A DNA stretch of 64,000 nucleotides from a virus (lineage: Duplodnaviria > Caudoviricetes), in the IMG/VR virus record IMGVR_UViG_3300045747_000167, positions 2,037 through 66,036 of that record; one strand, written 5' to 3'. The notes below the pieces were generated by a model. The model made no database searches, was not told the origin of the DNA, and worked only from the letters and a program-made list of their open reading frames with translations. Numbering within the stretch: position 1 is the first letter of the stretch; each line of letters begins with the position of its first letter. Below, piece after piece: positions 39,701 to 45,876 of this stretch. The translations under genes and the position numbers were made by a program.

Positions 39701-40050
39701 TCAAGGATGCCCGCCGCGCCTTCTGGGAGGCCTCCAACGAGGCCAAGCTGGCCATCGCAGACCTCAAGCGCGCCACCAAGGCTGGCGATGAGGTCGGGGC
39801 CGAGCGGGTCTACAACGAGAAGGGCGAGATCCTGCATCTGGCCGGGCTGCAGAAGAGCCTCGGCAAGATGATCTCAGCGCAGCGCGACCAGGTGGAGGCG
39901 ATCAACGCCGACAAGACCACCAGCCTGGCGTTCAAGCGCGCCGCGGTGGCGCGCCTGGAGAAGGAAGAGACCGAGATCTACGACGACTTCCTGCGGGCTG
40001 CTACTGAGGCCGGGCACGCTACCGAGGCGCGGAAGGCGGCGGGGCGCTGA
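30742..40050 (+). CDS. large polyvalent virion protein (zincin peptidase, RelA/SpoT synthetase, ParB-like, HhH-glycosylase-like, HDxxGH domain, LPD38)
   Basis: AGGAG + TTG; HETFH...E; DLLRG/GYRD/EVQIH/H..YE; DGRHR; VTVDMWM..QVQAAIW; HDAFGH..GEENAW; TVNFNRKG/LYLFFN/IPVPFGFG. Confidence 0.9.
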   Translation: MAEENWWSKDSPAPAPAARPAPDDQWWSQDSPAGPTPAGQQAQVRAQTDADFSGPEPGMASQAAKGTFDSVGMGEGGTIRTAGDIAGATPEGFLATMGNLGGKLVKGISDAAAKVPAVNIGLLGAKVGGLVSNSVAHKFADETTAAAGYATQEGRDRVATALADPTAHPIEAARYGASQAVSDYGKKQQEFYAGELHKDAPAMERQNKEVQDAEGFWNTVATSLANPLSLTSTVAQSFPDMAAGMGISRAAMLGKQILSTPVGKQALAAGEEAFQKTILDAAGNPATFADASKLAAAARQQAIKDTLKANQGALEGIAGGAGLIAESVQSGGNTRQAVQDFVSQRPDMELQRDNATYRDLRIHHSEEEAKAMLGDQLGNQAAGSSALWTGAMGKVSGAADAWGHTIGGGKVTGKQALTGTLKEGGQEMLQNPGEDFAKYEAQVQADPTQKFDLGGSMAQGLMGGVAQGGGMHGTGYVASRSRTDPTEPAVLLAGRPVTGYTDAQLKQYSESGVLTAPVKEKVDAEIARRAQPGAAPAQGDALDTAVDKYAAGLPGEGKPGPADAGGAGAGVAGAGQAGGLDPARVARDRATLPAQGDGLPGQAGAPAVGSIIPKPATTQGTLDAIEEQAAEARRQAAADVESRQETDRKAALRGGDPAQPNPLDNLANADAAQRSAGVRLVVADHGGSATSGVSHLESARTRNDASLVSGRASLAKLGGSVPDLQPIQDRGLFRRASAVADAIESVTGSRPVLYHDTRSGAADGFEHNGVAYVNAGNLEQSLQHTVFHETFHVAERRARQGDASAQQFVKTAESIFDMISQEGRKAYAEKYLFKHQLENGAMTAEEALAHPKLKSEMIADFFGQRGNDAKFIRHLAQRSPEHFGGFARRWIDSLTNMIQQLRGSRGSYGAKDIDQYIQKLSHAKAVAASALIQWRRDNPRFASNLPAPGETHRPANARQARLDDLLSDDTHAAVTGYKQSAKQTYDVLEPGARTRAEAQLAPQLKLAEEAKPEFDRRLINIANQLGGEAQTPPVKGMQRAAVRLVVDHKGDNLKTTDLLRGSVVVPSLSDIPAAMRAVGANFPVVRTKDRFTTPTNDGYRDVLMNVRMPNGLVAEVQIHTPETAAARQAGHGIYEDARAHRAAGNEAAAAPLDDLTRQLHGQAYQKALGGAAPAFSTKQYPMAPAGTRYEEHAKAPTMMSPDEFLSQVRPLDIDEASRDNIDDLKRHIESGGKLDPLHIRKDGKEDGRHRAVASRELGIKLVPVIDEREATSFSDKQDPGTEDGAPQPAWEAPKHSRAGEVTDNARYQSGARKGQYIGAPAKYNTPAKIPTLRRAFLNLAREGEAGRFWYENSGHAVLQMTFNDRAEARRFIALLAIYSPQAKVDANTTMALRAWAQYKAGVPIDTKTADLDAKADAILYKGQQWEGEKTNNFFRNLLRQVDEQSGSKDQQGVTVDMWMMRAAGYDKDSPTDANYLFVENETNRLAKELGWEPQQVQAAIWVAMKARLENAEVKAATEKESTRKGYMHYEDKVDPETGKTKQVRVVDDEVKHRRVWLKHAMALAVSEGDTQRAKFDFSDGLRRHLGQISWEAKPGRPTGILPGIHTASYQQQAEFQKAAAEAMTGPHGEDLLAQKLGLLRDGQVAAPGVWQSDVGAGMQYMVPMIPLKGAKQGQFGVAPEVAKNLNVYAATLGLLFRQDGVGWHRPFFTATGPKANAVDVRIGRPLTPEEASSLWTEVDKELRAAGLPDWEKNAALVSSPQGMRLIQFGIMDNVAFYKAMTKAVDRAFPGDIDVKLGKFASVGDMPTNDWKVHQNGEDYASRIAEAGRSDVLGFARDVLAPRVQALFEDFSQRYGWGDPGQLSFSGKQRDAGDGSGRDQGGSLAPLPGAPAVQGAAGPDPRLTGVAHAYAAERGIQLRRQAEYVQVDPERAARIAAAYDAMPHAPNDPRVKAAYADLIQQTTDQFHALEKAGYKFTFFDGATDPYKGNPWNAMRDLRANKRMAVYGTYDGYGTEGVTKGMIEDNPMLADTGMRWPDQKGVMHPVLANDLFRAVHDAFGHGLEGAGFRAQGEENAWQAHARMFTGDAVGAITSETRGQNSWLNYGPYGEKNRTAKVKDTVFADQKTGLMPEWTWTEGSVGDEGGINESRKQPPVPNGHLQTDLPEEGKIQAGRRVVQDQHLRMRQLREWATENGARLTPASDAYATEERMHGRMASKIEDFREKTIKPLVEKTQAAGFTMDQVAEVLHAEHARERNEQVAKINPKMPDAGSGMATADARAILARTTPELRQLARQWQAITIASRDVLLKAGIISQDMADRWDATYKHYVPLKGGDEESAARTGTGQGLSVNGKQKRAMGHNAREEHIVENILQDYERSVMLAEKNRVGQSMMLWLTEMNDPRVGTVSQPVKRATLMPTASYDVRGVGLSVATFDTRAEADKFIRQQIAANSPGAKRLNVVKTLGDPTVQYRSRPQLEENEAMVYVKGHAIRMQLVDPLLAQSYKKLNADGMNRLIAISRAFQTYLSRAYTGYNPAFIVRNMIRDFGSGTIKLTGNFGAGTTAKIIGKYPGALASMLRYSMTGKSTPAIDGYRANGGSTGAAWLSDMERIGLNIQHDFERYQGVMAQVKQGKPGAAARVAARKVVGSLVGWIEHLNAATENAMRLATYQEILKETGSPEQAASAAKNSTVNFNRKGEKTSTLAALYLFFNPSVQDTASVVETMTRGAHKEQAWALCAAMTTLAFTAAALQFGGDDDAYEEWKKLSDYTRDKNLVIRIGKGKYVTIPVPFGFGFFHTLGNSLFMMSKGESANSLSVGVAANILDHFSPVGNPINGAKTWGTINGKGLVELTPGLVGGDLFRDLFRWAIANRTSLGGDIVPDSKFDEGRPNFLRENRSTKGTAFDAVSRGLSDATGGTPTQGGKVDISPETLKFWFGAISGGTGTFISDAFALAGLGVRAAVAPAGEDISSLKPEMHEIPIAKDYVRESGVKDARRAFWEASNEAKLAIADLKRATKAGDEVGAERVYNEKGEILHLAGLQKSLGKMISAQRDQVEAINADKTTSLAFKRAAVARLEKEETEIYDDFLRAATEAGHATEARKAAGR
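32366..32566 (+). CDS. candidate nested out-of-frame ORF
   Basis: AGGAG 6 nt before TTG; host-frame GC3 drops across it. Confidence 0.45.
   Translation: MTPRSTSTQPGFPERVSRALQMQGVPELESQALARLVASTPPGSPVTVPPYLHRAMDCLGRLVRLQ
32609..32884 (+). CDS. candidate nested out-of-frame ORF (basic N-terminus)
   Basis: AAGGA before ATG; host-frame GC3 drops. Confidence 0.35.
   Translation: MPSKSKRLKRAAKQRLMLSLARKQIARQRCVEATQPSPTLSTTSPTLMPPNDLPVCDWSWQTMAAAPLRECPTWSLRERETTPAWSVAAPL
36185..36457 (+). CDS. candidate nested out-of-frame ORF (MAKITHLGLLKPGDPMF...)
   Basis: Host frame switches to many A/T-ending codons across this ORF. Confidence 0.45.
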   Translation: MAKITHLGLLKPGDPMFSGSPEMFSRRAFKPSSKTSASDTAGATPASSASPASSETPETEADGIRAEALRRSQVRQLFKAPPDQTPDSQG

Positions 40051-40252
40051 TCCTGTGCTCGATCTCTCCGTCGCAATCTTCAGCCCAGCCATGGCGGTCG
40101 ATGCTGTGCATGCGGCCTTGCAGGTACTCATAGGCCCACTGGTAGGCCGCGATCGCGCGCCCAGCCTCATCCAGCAGGGCCGCGATGTCGTCCGCGCCCT
40201 CGTTCCGGCATAGGTCTGCCTCGTCGCTGAGGCGCTCTTGAAGCGTCATCAC
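40019..40252 (-). CDS. hypothetical protein
   Basis: Last ORF of the leftward arm, converging on the giant gene. Confidence 0.55.
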   Translation of the reverse strand: MMTLQERLSDEADLCRNEGADDIAALLDEAGRAIAAYQWAYEYLQGRMHSIDRHGWAEDCDGEIEHRISAPPPSAPR

Positions 40253-40464
40253 AGAATCCTCATCCGTTCACTGACCACGATAGAGCCGTAGCACACGTCC
40301 ACGGCGGGCTCTTCCATCCAGACGCCCAGCTCCCACGGGATGGCGCCGCTGATCACGAAGCGCTCGATCTCGAGCAGGCTCTGCAGCTTGATCTGCTGGA
40401 TGGCGGCCTGGACCTGTGGGACCATCTCCGCACCGACGAGGTGAGCAAGGGGCTCTGGGTTCAT
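40249..40464 (-). CDS. hypothetical protein
   Basis: Coupled to 40019-40252. Confidence 0.55.
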   Translation of the reverse strand: MNPEPLAHLVGAEMVPQVQAAIQQIKLQSLLEIERFVISGAIPWELGVWMEEPAVDVCYGSIVVSERMRIL

Positions 40465-40520
40465 TGTCTGTTACATCCTGGGGGGCTGGTGGGGGGATGA
40501 CCGTGGGGCGTCGAGTACCA

Positions 40521-40557
40521 ATGCGTATGTGCCTCCTGCCGTAAGGCACGTATGCCT
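40521..40557. promoter_or_regulatory. two 14-bp operator-like palindromes next to attP
   Basis: ATGCG-tatg-TGCCT (40521-40534) and AGGCA-cgta-TGCCT (40544-40557). Confidence 0.55.
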
Positions 40558-40577
40558 ACTCAGAGACGCGCATAGCT

Positions 40578-40604
40578 TGGGTTCGAGTCCCATCAGCCAC
40601 CCCA
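40578..40604 (+). mobile_element. attP: attP core resembling the 3' end of a tRNA-His gene
   Basis: TGGGTTCGAGTCCCATCAGCCACCCCA = T arm + acceptor strand CAGCCAC + C73 + CCA; no 5' half of the tRNA present. Confidence 0.8.
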
Positions 40605-40613
40605 ACTATTTAC

Positions 40614-40844
40614 CTATGAAGATTGCTCTCTAGACTGGTTTTGTGGGGGAGCCGCGGGGCAGCTCTTGAATCTGAAGCCCAGGATCAGCCCCACCTCACC
40701 GCGCAGCACCGGCTCCGGCTCGCCGCGCCGCGCACGGAAGCGCGCCAGGCTCTGCTGGTAGCGCCACTCGTCTCGCGGGCTGAGGCGGCCCAAGCCCATC
40801 GGCGGGCCGCCCGGGTCGCGCATGCGGAAGTGGTGGTGCTTCAT
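40614..40844 (-). CDS. hypothetical protein with RGEVG motif
   Basis: ATG overlaps the upstream stop. Confidence 0.5.
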   Translation of the reverse strand: MKHHHFRMRDPGGPPMGLGRLSPRDEWRYQQSLARFRARRGEPEPVLRGEVGLILGFRFKSCPAAPPQNQSREQSS

Positions 40845-41134
40845 GGCCTGATCTCGATCTTGATGGCTGCCGGAACCCTGGCCCACAGGTAGCGCTTCTT
40901 CCCGGTGCTGGTGGTCGACGCGAAGAAGACGGTCCACCCAGCCTTGCGCAGCTTGCGCGCGCGCCGGGAGCACACCGTGCGCCCATCGCACATGACCTTC
41001 ATGCAGTGCTCGTACATCCGCTGCTGGTACGGCTGCAGCATCAGCTTGCTGTCGGCCACGAACCTGGTGTTCAGGTCCAGCAGCTTCCCGGCGGCCAGGA
41101 CCATCTTCAGGTTGATCTCTTGGGCTGTGCTCAT
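40841..41134 (-). CDS. hypothetical protein
   Basis: ATGA coupling. Confidence 0.55.
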   Translation of the reverse strand: MSTAQEINLKMVLAAGKLLDLNTRFVADSKLMLQPYQQRMYEHCMKVMCDGRTVCSRRARKLRKAGWTVFFASTTSTGKKRYLWARVPAAIKIEIRP

Positions 41135-41532
41135 GGCTTCACCACGAAGTCGGGCAGCTTGGTCGCATGGAAGTCCAGCACCAGCTTGCTCAGCCGGTCC
41201 ACCTCGCGCAGCGCCATGTAGGCCAGCACGGTGTACTTGTCCTCGCCGGTGAGGCCTTCGCGCCTGGAGAGATCGAGGATCCGTCGGGCCACGTTCGCCG
41301 ACGGCGGAGGCAGTCCGAACTGACCCTGCTCGCCCCAGCCTTCCGAACAGCCGCGGTAGGTCAGCTCGTCCAGCTCGATCCGCATCTGGTTGGTGGTGCG
41401 CTCGCGGTCGGCCATGAAGATGGTCGGGCCCTGGTTCTGGCGCTGCCGTTCGCGGATCATGTTGAAGTCCATGGCCGTCTGCCCTCCGATGTGGGCCAGC
41501 TTCTCGGGCGGCCATTTGAAGTCGTCGCTCAT
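41131..41532 (-). CDS. hypothetical protein
   Basis: ATGA coupling, high GC3. Confidence 0.6.
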   Translation of the reverse strand: MSDDFKWPPEKLAHIGGQTAMDFNMIRERQRQNQGPTIFMADRERTTNQMRIELDELTYRGCSEGWGEQGQFGLPPPSANVARRILDLSRREGLTGEDKYTVLAYMALREVDRLSKLVLDFHATKLPDFVVKP

Positions 41533-41753
41533 AGTCCGAACCTTTCCTTGATGGCATTGCAGACCATATCGTTGGGGCTTTCGAACATTGGTATCGAGAG
41601 GTCATCCATTGCTTCGATCATCCCGATGATCTCGGCCGCCACCAGCTTGGCTACCTGGTCGTAGACCCTGGCCAGCATCTCGGCCTCGTCCTGCCGCGCC
41701 GGGCTCGACTCGGCCTCCAGCTTGGCGCGGGTGATGTCGATCGGGTGGTCCAT
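41529..41753 (-). CDS. hypothetical protein
   Basis: Coupled ORF. Confidence 0.55.
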   Translation of the reverse strand: MDHPIDITRAKLEAESSPARQDEAEMLARVYDQVAKLVAAEIIGMIEAMDDLSIPMFESPNDMVCNAIKERFGL

Positions 41754-42196
41754 CAGAGCCCCCTCTCGTGCTGTGCGCGGGCACGCATCCGGCGCAGCTG
41801 GCGCGCCACGTACGAGCGACCCCTCTGGTCAAAGAGGTCGCGCTTATCGAAATCGATCCCGAGACTCACCGGCGCCACGAAGCGCGCAGTGATGGTGCCG
41901 CTGCCATCGAAGGAGTTCGGCGTCACCAGATGCATATCCGGCGGGTCGAACGTCATGCAGGATGCGATGTACGTCCGATAACAGATGCGCCGGCTGATCG
42001 GATCCTCGAACTTCTTGTGGCTCACGCGGGTATTGGTGCGCCGCTTGCGCTCGTCCAGCGCGCCCAGCTTGGCAGCCCGCCGGTCGGACAGCAGGAAATC
42101 GATCGCCAGCTCGGGGCGCGTCTTCTTGTAGCGCGCGGTGGCCAGCCGGACCAGCTCGCGCGTCTCGCTGTCGGGGAGGAAGAGGTGGTTGATCAC
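41753..42196 (-). CDS. hypothetical protein
   Basis: AGGAGG RBS, GTG overlapping the int stop. Confidence 0.55.
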   Translation of the reverse strand: MINHLFLPDSETRELVRLATARYKKTRPELAIDFLLSDRRAAKLGALDERKRRTNTRVSHKKFEDPISRRICYRTYIASCMTFDPPDMHLVTPNSFDGSGTITARFVAPVSLGIDFDKRDLFDQRGRSYVARQLRRMRARAQHERGL

Positions 42197-43431
42197 GACT
42201 GCCTCCTGATTGGTGACGCGGCCTGCCCCGCCGATGTGCAGGATTTGGAGGCGTTCGATTTGTCCGCGTCGTTGACCTTGGTAGATGCCGCGATCCAGGC
42301 CTCCAGGCCGGCGACCTCTCGGTCGTCCTGGTCTCCCTTCACCCAGCGGGCATAGGTCGAGTGGAAGATCTCCACGCTGTGCCCCATCTGCCCGGCGCAC
42401 CAGGCCGCCGTGCGCCCTGCCATCAGCATCATGGTGGCGAAGGTATGGCGGGCGTGGTTCGGGGCCCTGTAGCGGATCCCCAGGCGCTTCAGGCAGGGTG
42501 TCCAGTAGCTGCGCCGGAACGCGCGCTCCTCGAGCCATGCCGTGCCGTAGCGCGGGTCCAGCCAGACGTGCTCGCCGGCCAGCTTGGTGTGCTTGGCCTG
42601 CCGCTGCAGGGCCGCCAGCGACCGGCTGTTCAGGCGCACGTCGCGCGACACGCCAGTCTTGGTCTTGGCCTTGTCGACGCCGCGCACGATGGCCTCGTGG
42701 ATGCGCTGGTAGCCGCTGTTGAAGTCGATCGAGCCCCAGCGCAGGCCCGCCATCTCGGACGTCCGCACGCCGCTGTAGAAGCGCCACTCGACCATGTTGG
42801 CCACGGCCTCGGGGCAGTGCGTACGCATGTCGGCGATGATGGCCTCGGCCTCCTGCATCGAGAACGGGTCGGGCGGCTCGCGCTGCCAGCTGGCGCGCGG
42901 GATCTTGGATGCCGGGTTGTCCTTCAGCGTGCCGTCGGTGACCGCCAGCTGCAGCGCCTCGCGCAGCACGCTGACGTAGTTGTTGATCGTCTTGCCGGAC
43001 AGGCTGGCGCGCGCGCCGAGGGCGAGTAGGAAGTGGCTGTGCTTCAGCCCCCGCACCGGGCGGTCGCCGAGCAGCCCGCCGTCGACCGCGGAGCCCTTCC
43101 AGAACTTGATCGCCGAGGTGTAGCCGGCGCGCGTCGAGTGCTCGATGCGCTGCGTGCTGAGCCAGGTGTCCAGCTGCCGGCCCAGCGTCAGCTCGACGCC
43201 GGTGGTGGCATCGTCGCCCGAGGGGAAGTGCTCCGCGTAGCTGAAGGTGCCGAGGCGGATCATCTCCTTCACATCGTGCGAGAAGCGCTCGGCCCAGCGG
43301 ATGTTCGCCGGCGTCGGCGCCATCGGCCTGCCGTTCGTCATGAGCACCGGGCGGCGGCGCTTCCCCTCGAACAGGAAGTCCAGACGCATGCTGTACTTCC
43401 TGACCTCGACCCCAGAACCTGACCTGCCCAT
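42193..43431 (-). CDS. int: tyrosine integrase with N-terminal arm-binding domain
   Basis: GGAGG RBS; GVRTSE (R), HARHTFA (HxxR), MGHS, TYARW (Y). Confidence 0.93.
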   Translation of the reverse strand: MGRSGSGVEVRKYSMRLDFLFEGKRRRPVLMTNGRPMAPTPANIRWAERFSHDVKEMIRLGTFSYAEHFPSGDDATTGVELTLGRQLDTWLSTQRIEHSTRAGYTSAIKFWKGSAVDGGLLGDRPVRGLKHSHFLLALGARASLSGKTINNYVSVLREALQLAVTDGTLKDNPASKIPRASWQREPPDPFSMQEAEAIIADMRTHCPEAVANMVEWRFYSGVRTSEMAGLRWGSIDFNSGYQRIHEAIVRGVDKAKTKTGVSRDVRLNSRSLAALQRQAKHTKLAGEHVWLDPRYGTAWLEERAFRRSYWTPCLKRLGIRYRAPNHARHTFATMMLMAGRTAAWCAGQMGHSVEIFHSTYARWVKGDQDDREVAGLEAWIAASTKVNDADKSNASKSCTSAGQAASPIRRQS

Positions 43432-43444
43432 GGCGCCTCCGTGT

Positions 43445-43485
43445 ATGCAGATTTGCATTCTACAGGCACACCACTTACTTGGCAA
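43445..43485 (-). promoter_or_regulatory. sigma70 promoter for int with overlapping operator
   Basis: TTGCCA (43485-43480)-N17-TAGAAT (43462-43457); ATGCA-gatt-TGCAT at 43445-43458. Confidence 0.65.
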
Positions 43486-43657
43486 GCACCCAGTTCTGCA
43501 CACCTCGTAAATCGATCCAGATCTGCCCGCTGGGGTCGCGGTGAAATTGCCTACCGTCGACCCACTGACCGCGGTAGATCTTGCCTTCAATGGCGCGCTT
43601 CGTCAGCCCGAGCAGCTCGACGGCGCGCTTGATGGTGACGAGGTTGTCGAGGCTCAC
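43475..43657 (-). CDS. xis: excisionase
   Basis: VTIKRAVELLGLTKRAIEGKIYRGQW..G......G.IWIDL..V..WV wHTH, immediately upstream of int. Confidence 0.8.
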   Translation of the reverse strand: MSLDNLVTIKRAVELLGLTKRAIEGKIYRGQWVDGRQFHRDPSGQIWIDLRGVQNWVLAK

Positions 43658-43986
43658 TTGGCACCAGCGAGGCGCACCGCCAGCCCATGCAGGCGCGCGT
43701 TGAACCACCGGCGCAAGGCGTACTGGCGCAGGATCGAGACCGCGGTGAAGCACCACCCGAGCCAGAAGTTCGAGCCCATCGACAGGTGGCCGCCTGGCAT
43801 GGCCAATGGGATGAGCAGCAGGTTGAAGCAGTAGTTCAGAGAGAACCCGACAACCAGGTTCGCCCACGCCTCCAGGATGGCGCTGCGCGGGCTTTGGCCG
43901 GGCCCTGGCGCCCTGTGGTAGGCCACCCAGGTGAATACCGCGGTGAACACCATGGATGCCAGGCCCAGGCACTCAAGAGGCGTCAC
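43654..43986 (-). CDS. membrane protein
   Basis: QS..SA.LEA..N..VG...FTAVSILRQY.LRRWFN pattern. Confidence 0.65.
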   Translation of the reverse strand: MTPLECLGLASMVFTAVFTWVAYHRAPGPGQSPRSAILEAWANLVVGFSLNYCFNLLLIPLAMPGGHLSMGSNFWLGWCFTAVSILRQYALRRWFNARLHGLAVRLAGAK

Positions 43987-44476
43987 GGCGCTTGTCCTTC
44001 AGGATCTCGAACAGCAGGCCCTGCGCGTTGAACAGGATGGCGCAGAGGTCTTCCTCCATCGACTGTGTCGACAGCGGGTCTTGCACCTTGTAGCCGCGGA
44101 AGCGGGTCCAGAGGTGCAGCCAGTGGCGCCACAGCCCCTTGACGTAGGTGGTCTGGGGGATGCCCTTCTGCCAGTTGTCGGAGTCGCGCACGCTGCCGTC
44201 CGGCTGCACCCGGTGGGCATTCATGTATTCACAGTACCTCTCGATCACGATGGGCGACAGGAAGCCCTCGGGGTCGTAGCGGCCGGCATCGCTGGAGCGG
44301 GTGGCGCCGGTCTCGAACTTGCGGACCTTAGCCGCATCCACTGCCTCCTTTGCGGCATCGATGCGACTGCCCAAAGCCGATGCACTCATGCAGTTCAGAC
44401 GGTGGCCGCGGTACTCCGGCTCCCCGCACTCGACGCAGTGCGTACCAATCGTGGTGCACGGTGGCAGCTGGCTCAT
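43973..44476 (-). CDS. dATP/dGTP diphosphohydrolase-domain protein (DUF5664-like)
   Basis: FETGATR, DNWQKGIP, LWRH, LCAILFNA. Confidence 0.7.
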   Translation of the reverse strand: MSQLPPCTTIGTHCVECGEPEYRGHRLNCMSASALGSRIDAAKEAVDAAKVRKFETGATRSSDAGRYDPEGFLSPIVIERYCEYMNAHRVQPDGSVRDSDNWQKGIPQTTYVKGLWRHWLHLWTRFRGYKVQDPLSTQSMEEDLCAILFNAQGLLFEILKDKRRDAS

Positions 44477-44889
44477 AGCACGAAGTCCCTCAGGTCGACC
44501 ATGAAGATGGGTGTCTGCGGCAGCTGCATGCCGTCGGCGTCCACCAGCGGCTTCGCGCGCTGCTTCAGCCACTGGGTGGTGAAGGCGTCGAAGGCCTGCT
44601 CGAACGTGATGTCGTGCAGCTTCGCCGTCGCAACGATGACCGCCGTCTTGTTGTAGACCACGACGATCTCGCCGTTGGTCTCGGCTGTGCCGACGATGCA
44701 CCCGTCATAGACCTTGGCGGGCTCCATGAAGGTCAACTTCTCCTGCCCGCTGGCGTGGAGCAGCAGCTGCCGCACGTCGATCGGGATGCTCGGCTCGTCG
44801 AGCATGGCCTCCTCGGCGTCGCGCTTGATCTTGTCGAGGTGCGCGACGGCGGCGTTGGCGGCCGGAGTGAGCTTGGGTGGGTTGGCCAT
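44473..44889 (-). CDS. hypothetical protein
   Basis: Coupled ORF, high GC3. Confidence 0.6.
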   Translation of the reverse strand: MANPPKLTPAANAAVAHLDKIKRDAEEAMLDEPSIPIDVRQLLLHASGQEKLTFMEPAKVYDGCIVGTAETNGEIVVVYNKTAVIVATAKLHDITFEQAFDAFTTQWLKQRAKPLVDADGMQLPQTPIFMVDLRDFVL

Positions 44890-45095
44890 CACCGTCTCCG
44901 CAGCAGTTCGTCCACCGAGATCGACTCGCCAGACCACAGGCGCACCGCGTTGGCGAAGAGCAGGATGACCCACAGCAACCCGAGGGCGCCGAAGGCCCAG
45001 CCGGGAGCGCCGAAGTGGTCGAGCGCCAACCACCACAACAACCCAGTGCTGAGCGGGAGGTTCGGCGGCACGCTGCCGTGTGCGAGGTACTTCAT
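44889..45095 (-). CDS. small membrane protein
   Basis: Two hydrophobic helices, coupled. Confidence 0.55.
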   Translation of the reverse strand: MKYLAHGSVPPNLPLSTGLLWWLALDHFGAPGWAFGALGLLWVILLFANAVRLWSGESISVDELLRRR

Positions 45096-45319
45096 TGCTT
45101 CTTGCCCTCGTGCTTGCCCTTGATGTGGGCGTGGATGAACGAGCCGAAGCTCTTGGCCTTGGCCAGCTTGCCGATCACTTCGCCCGGCACGCCGGGGTAG
45201 TGGTACAGGCCGCCGTCGTGGAAGCGGACGGCCAAGGTCTTCGTATTCGCGTCGTAGCCGTAGCTGTGGACATTGGACGAGGTGACCTCGGTCATCGGGA
45301 TGGCTGTCTTCTCGGCCAC
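45092..45319 (-). CDS. KTSC domain protein
   Basis: VTSSNVHSYGYD..TLAVRF..G..Y.Y.GVP......L..AKSFGSF....IK. Confidence 0.85.
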   Translation of the reverse strand: MAEKTAIPMTEVTSSNVHSYGYDANTKTLAVRFHDGGLYHYPGVPGEVIGKLAKAKSFGSFIHAHIKGKHEGKKQ

Positions 45320-45337
45320 ATGGCCTCCTTGTTGGGC

Positions 45338-45414
45338 GGGGGTCAGGCAAGCCGCCTGGTTGTCGCTTGGTCAGCCGGATACGTCAGTGACCCGGCAGAA
45401 CTCTCCTGACCCCC
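45338..45414 (-). ncRNA. candidate structured RNA (three-way junction)
   Basis: 10-bp closing stem GGGGGTCAGG/CCTGACCCCC enclosing two hairpins. Confidence 0.45.
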
Positions 45415-45423
45415 ATTGAGTGG

Positions 45424-45768
45424 TCAGGCCGGGACGTGGGCCCAGTCATCGGCCAGGATGTCTTCGGTCAGCGGCACGAAGACCTCGACGCTGCCGTCTT
45501 CCTCGAACATGACGAACTCGGGCTTGTTCAGCACGCCCAGGTCGCCGAGGCCGAGCAGCTTGATGTAGGTGTTCTCGACCCAGTCGTAGCGGGACACGGC
45601 CTCGCCGGCCTTGAGCAGCTCCAGCGCCTCGCCGAAGGTCTTGTCGCACGGCACGGTGATCGGCACAGTGATCGCCTTGGGTTGCTGCTGGAAGCCGCAC
45701 GATGCGCTGCAGCCGTCGGTCTCGCAGTTTTCGGCCGCGAAGGGGTCTTTGACGTAGGTCGGTTTCAT
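45424..45768 (-). CDS. DUF2829/Tad2-like protein
   Basis: TFGEALELLKAG..VSR..W...P...DILADDW. Confidence 0.8.
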   Translation of the reverse strand: MKPTYVKDPFAAENCETDGCSASCGFQQQPKAITVPITVPCDKTFGEALELLKAGEAVSRYDWVENTYIKLLGLGDLGVLNKPEFVMFEEDGSVEVFVPLTEDILADDWAHVPA

Positions 45769-45791
45769 CTGTTTCCTCGTGAGTGAAAGTG

Positions 45792-45869
45792 TGGCAAAGG
45801 AGGGGACTCGAACCCCCGTCACGCCGGTTTACAACGCCTGCGTGGTCCTACCTCTAGACGACCCCCGCC
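45792..45869 (-). tRNA. non-canonical tRNA-like RNA with extended anticodon arm
   Basis: Acceptor GCGGGGG/CCTTTGC, D arm GTCTAGAGGTAGGAC, T arm GGGGG-TTCGAGT-CCCCT; 23-nt anticodon arm. Confidence 0.65.
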
Positions 45870-45876
45870 GTTGAAA

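Noticed and set aside
40530-40604. Complete tRNA-His gene
   Set aside because: Only the T arm and 3' acceptor strand are present, with no D or anticodon arm; better explained as attP
43973-44476. Z-base or other DNA-modification pathway
   Set aside because: Only a lone dNTP diphosphohydrolase-like gene; no PurZ, polymerase or modification cluster in the window
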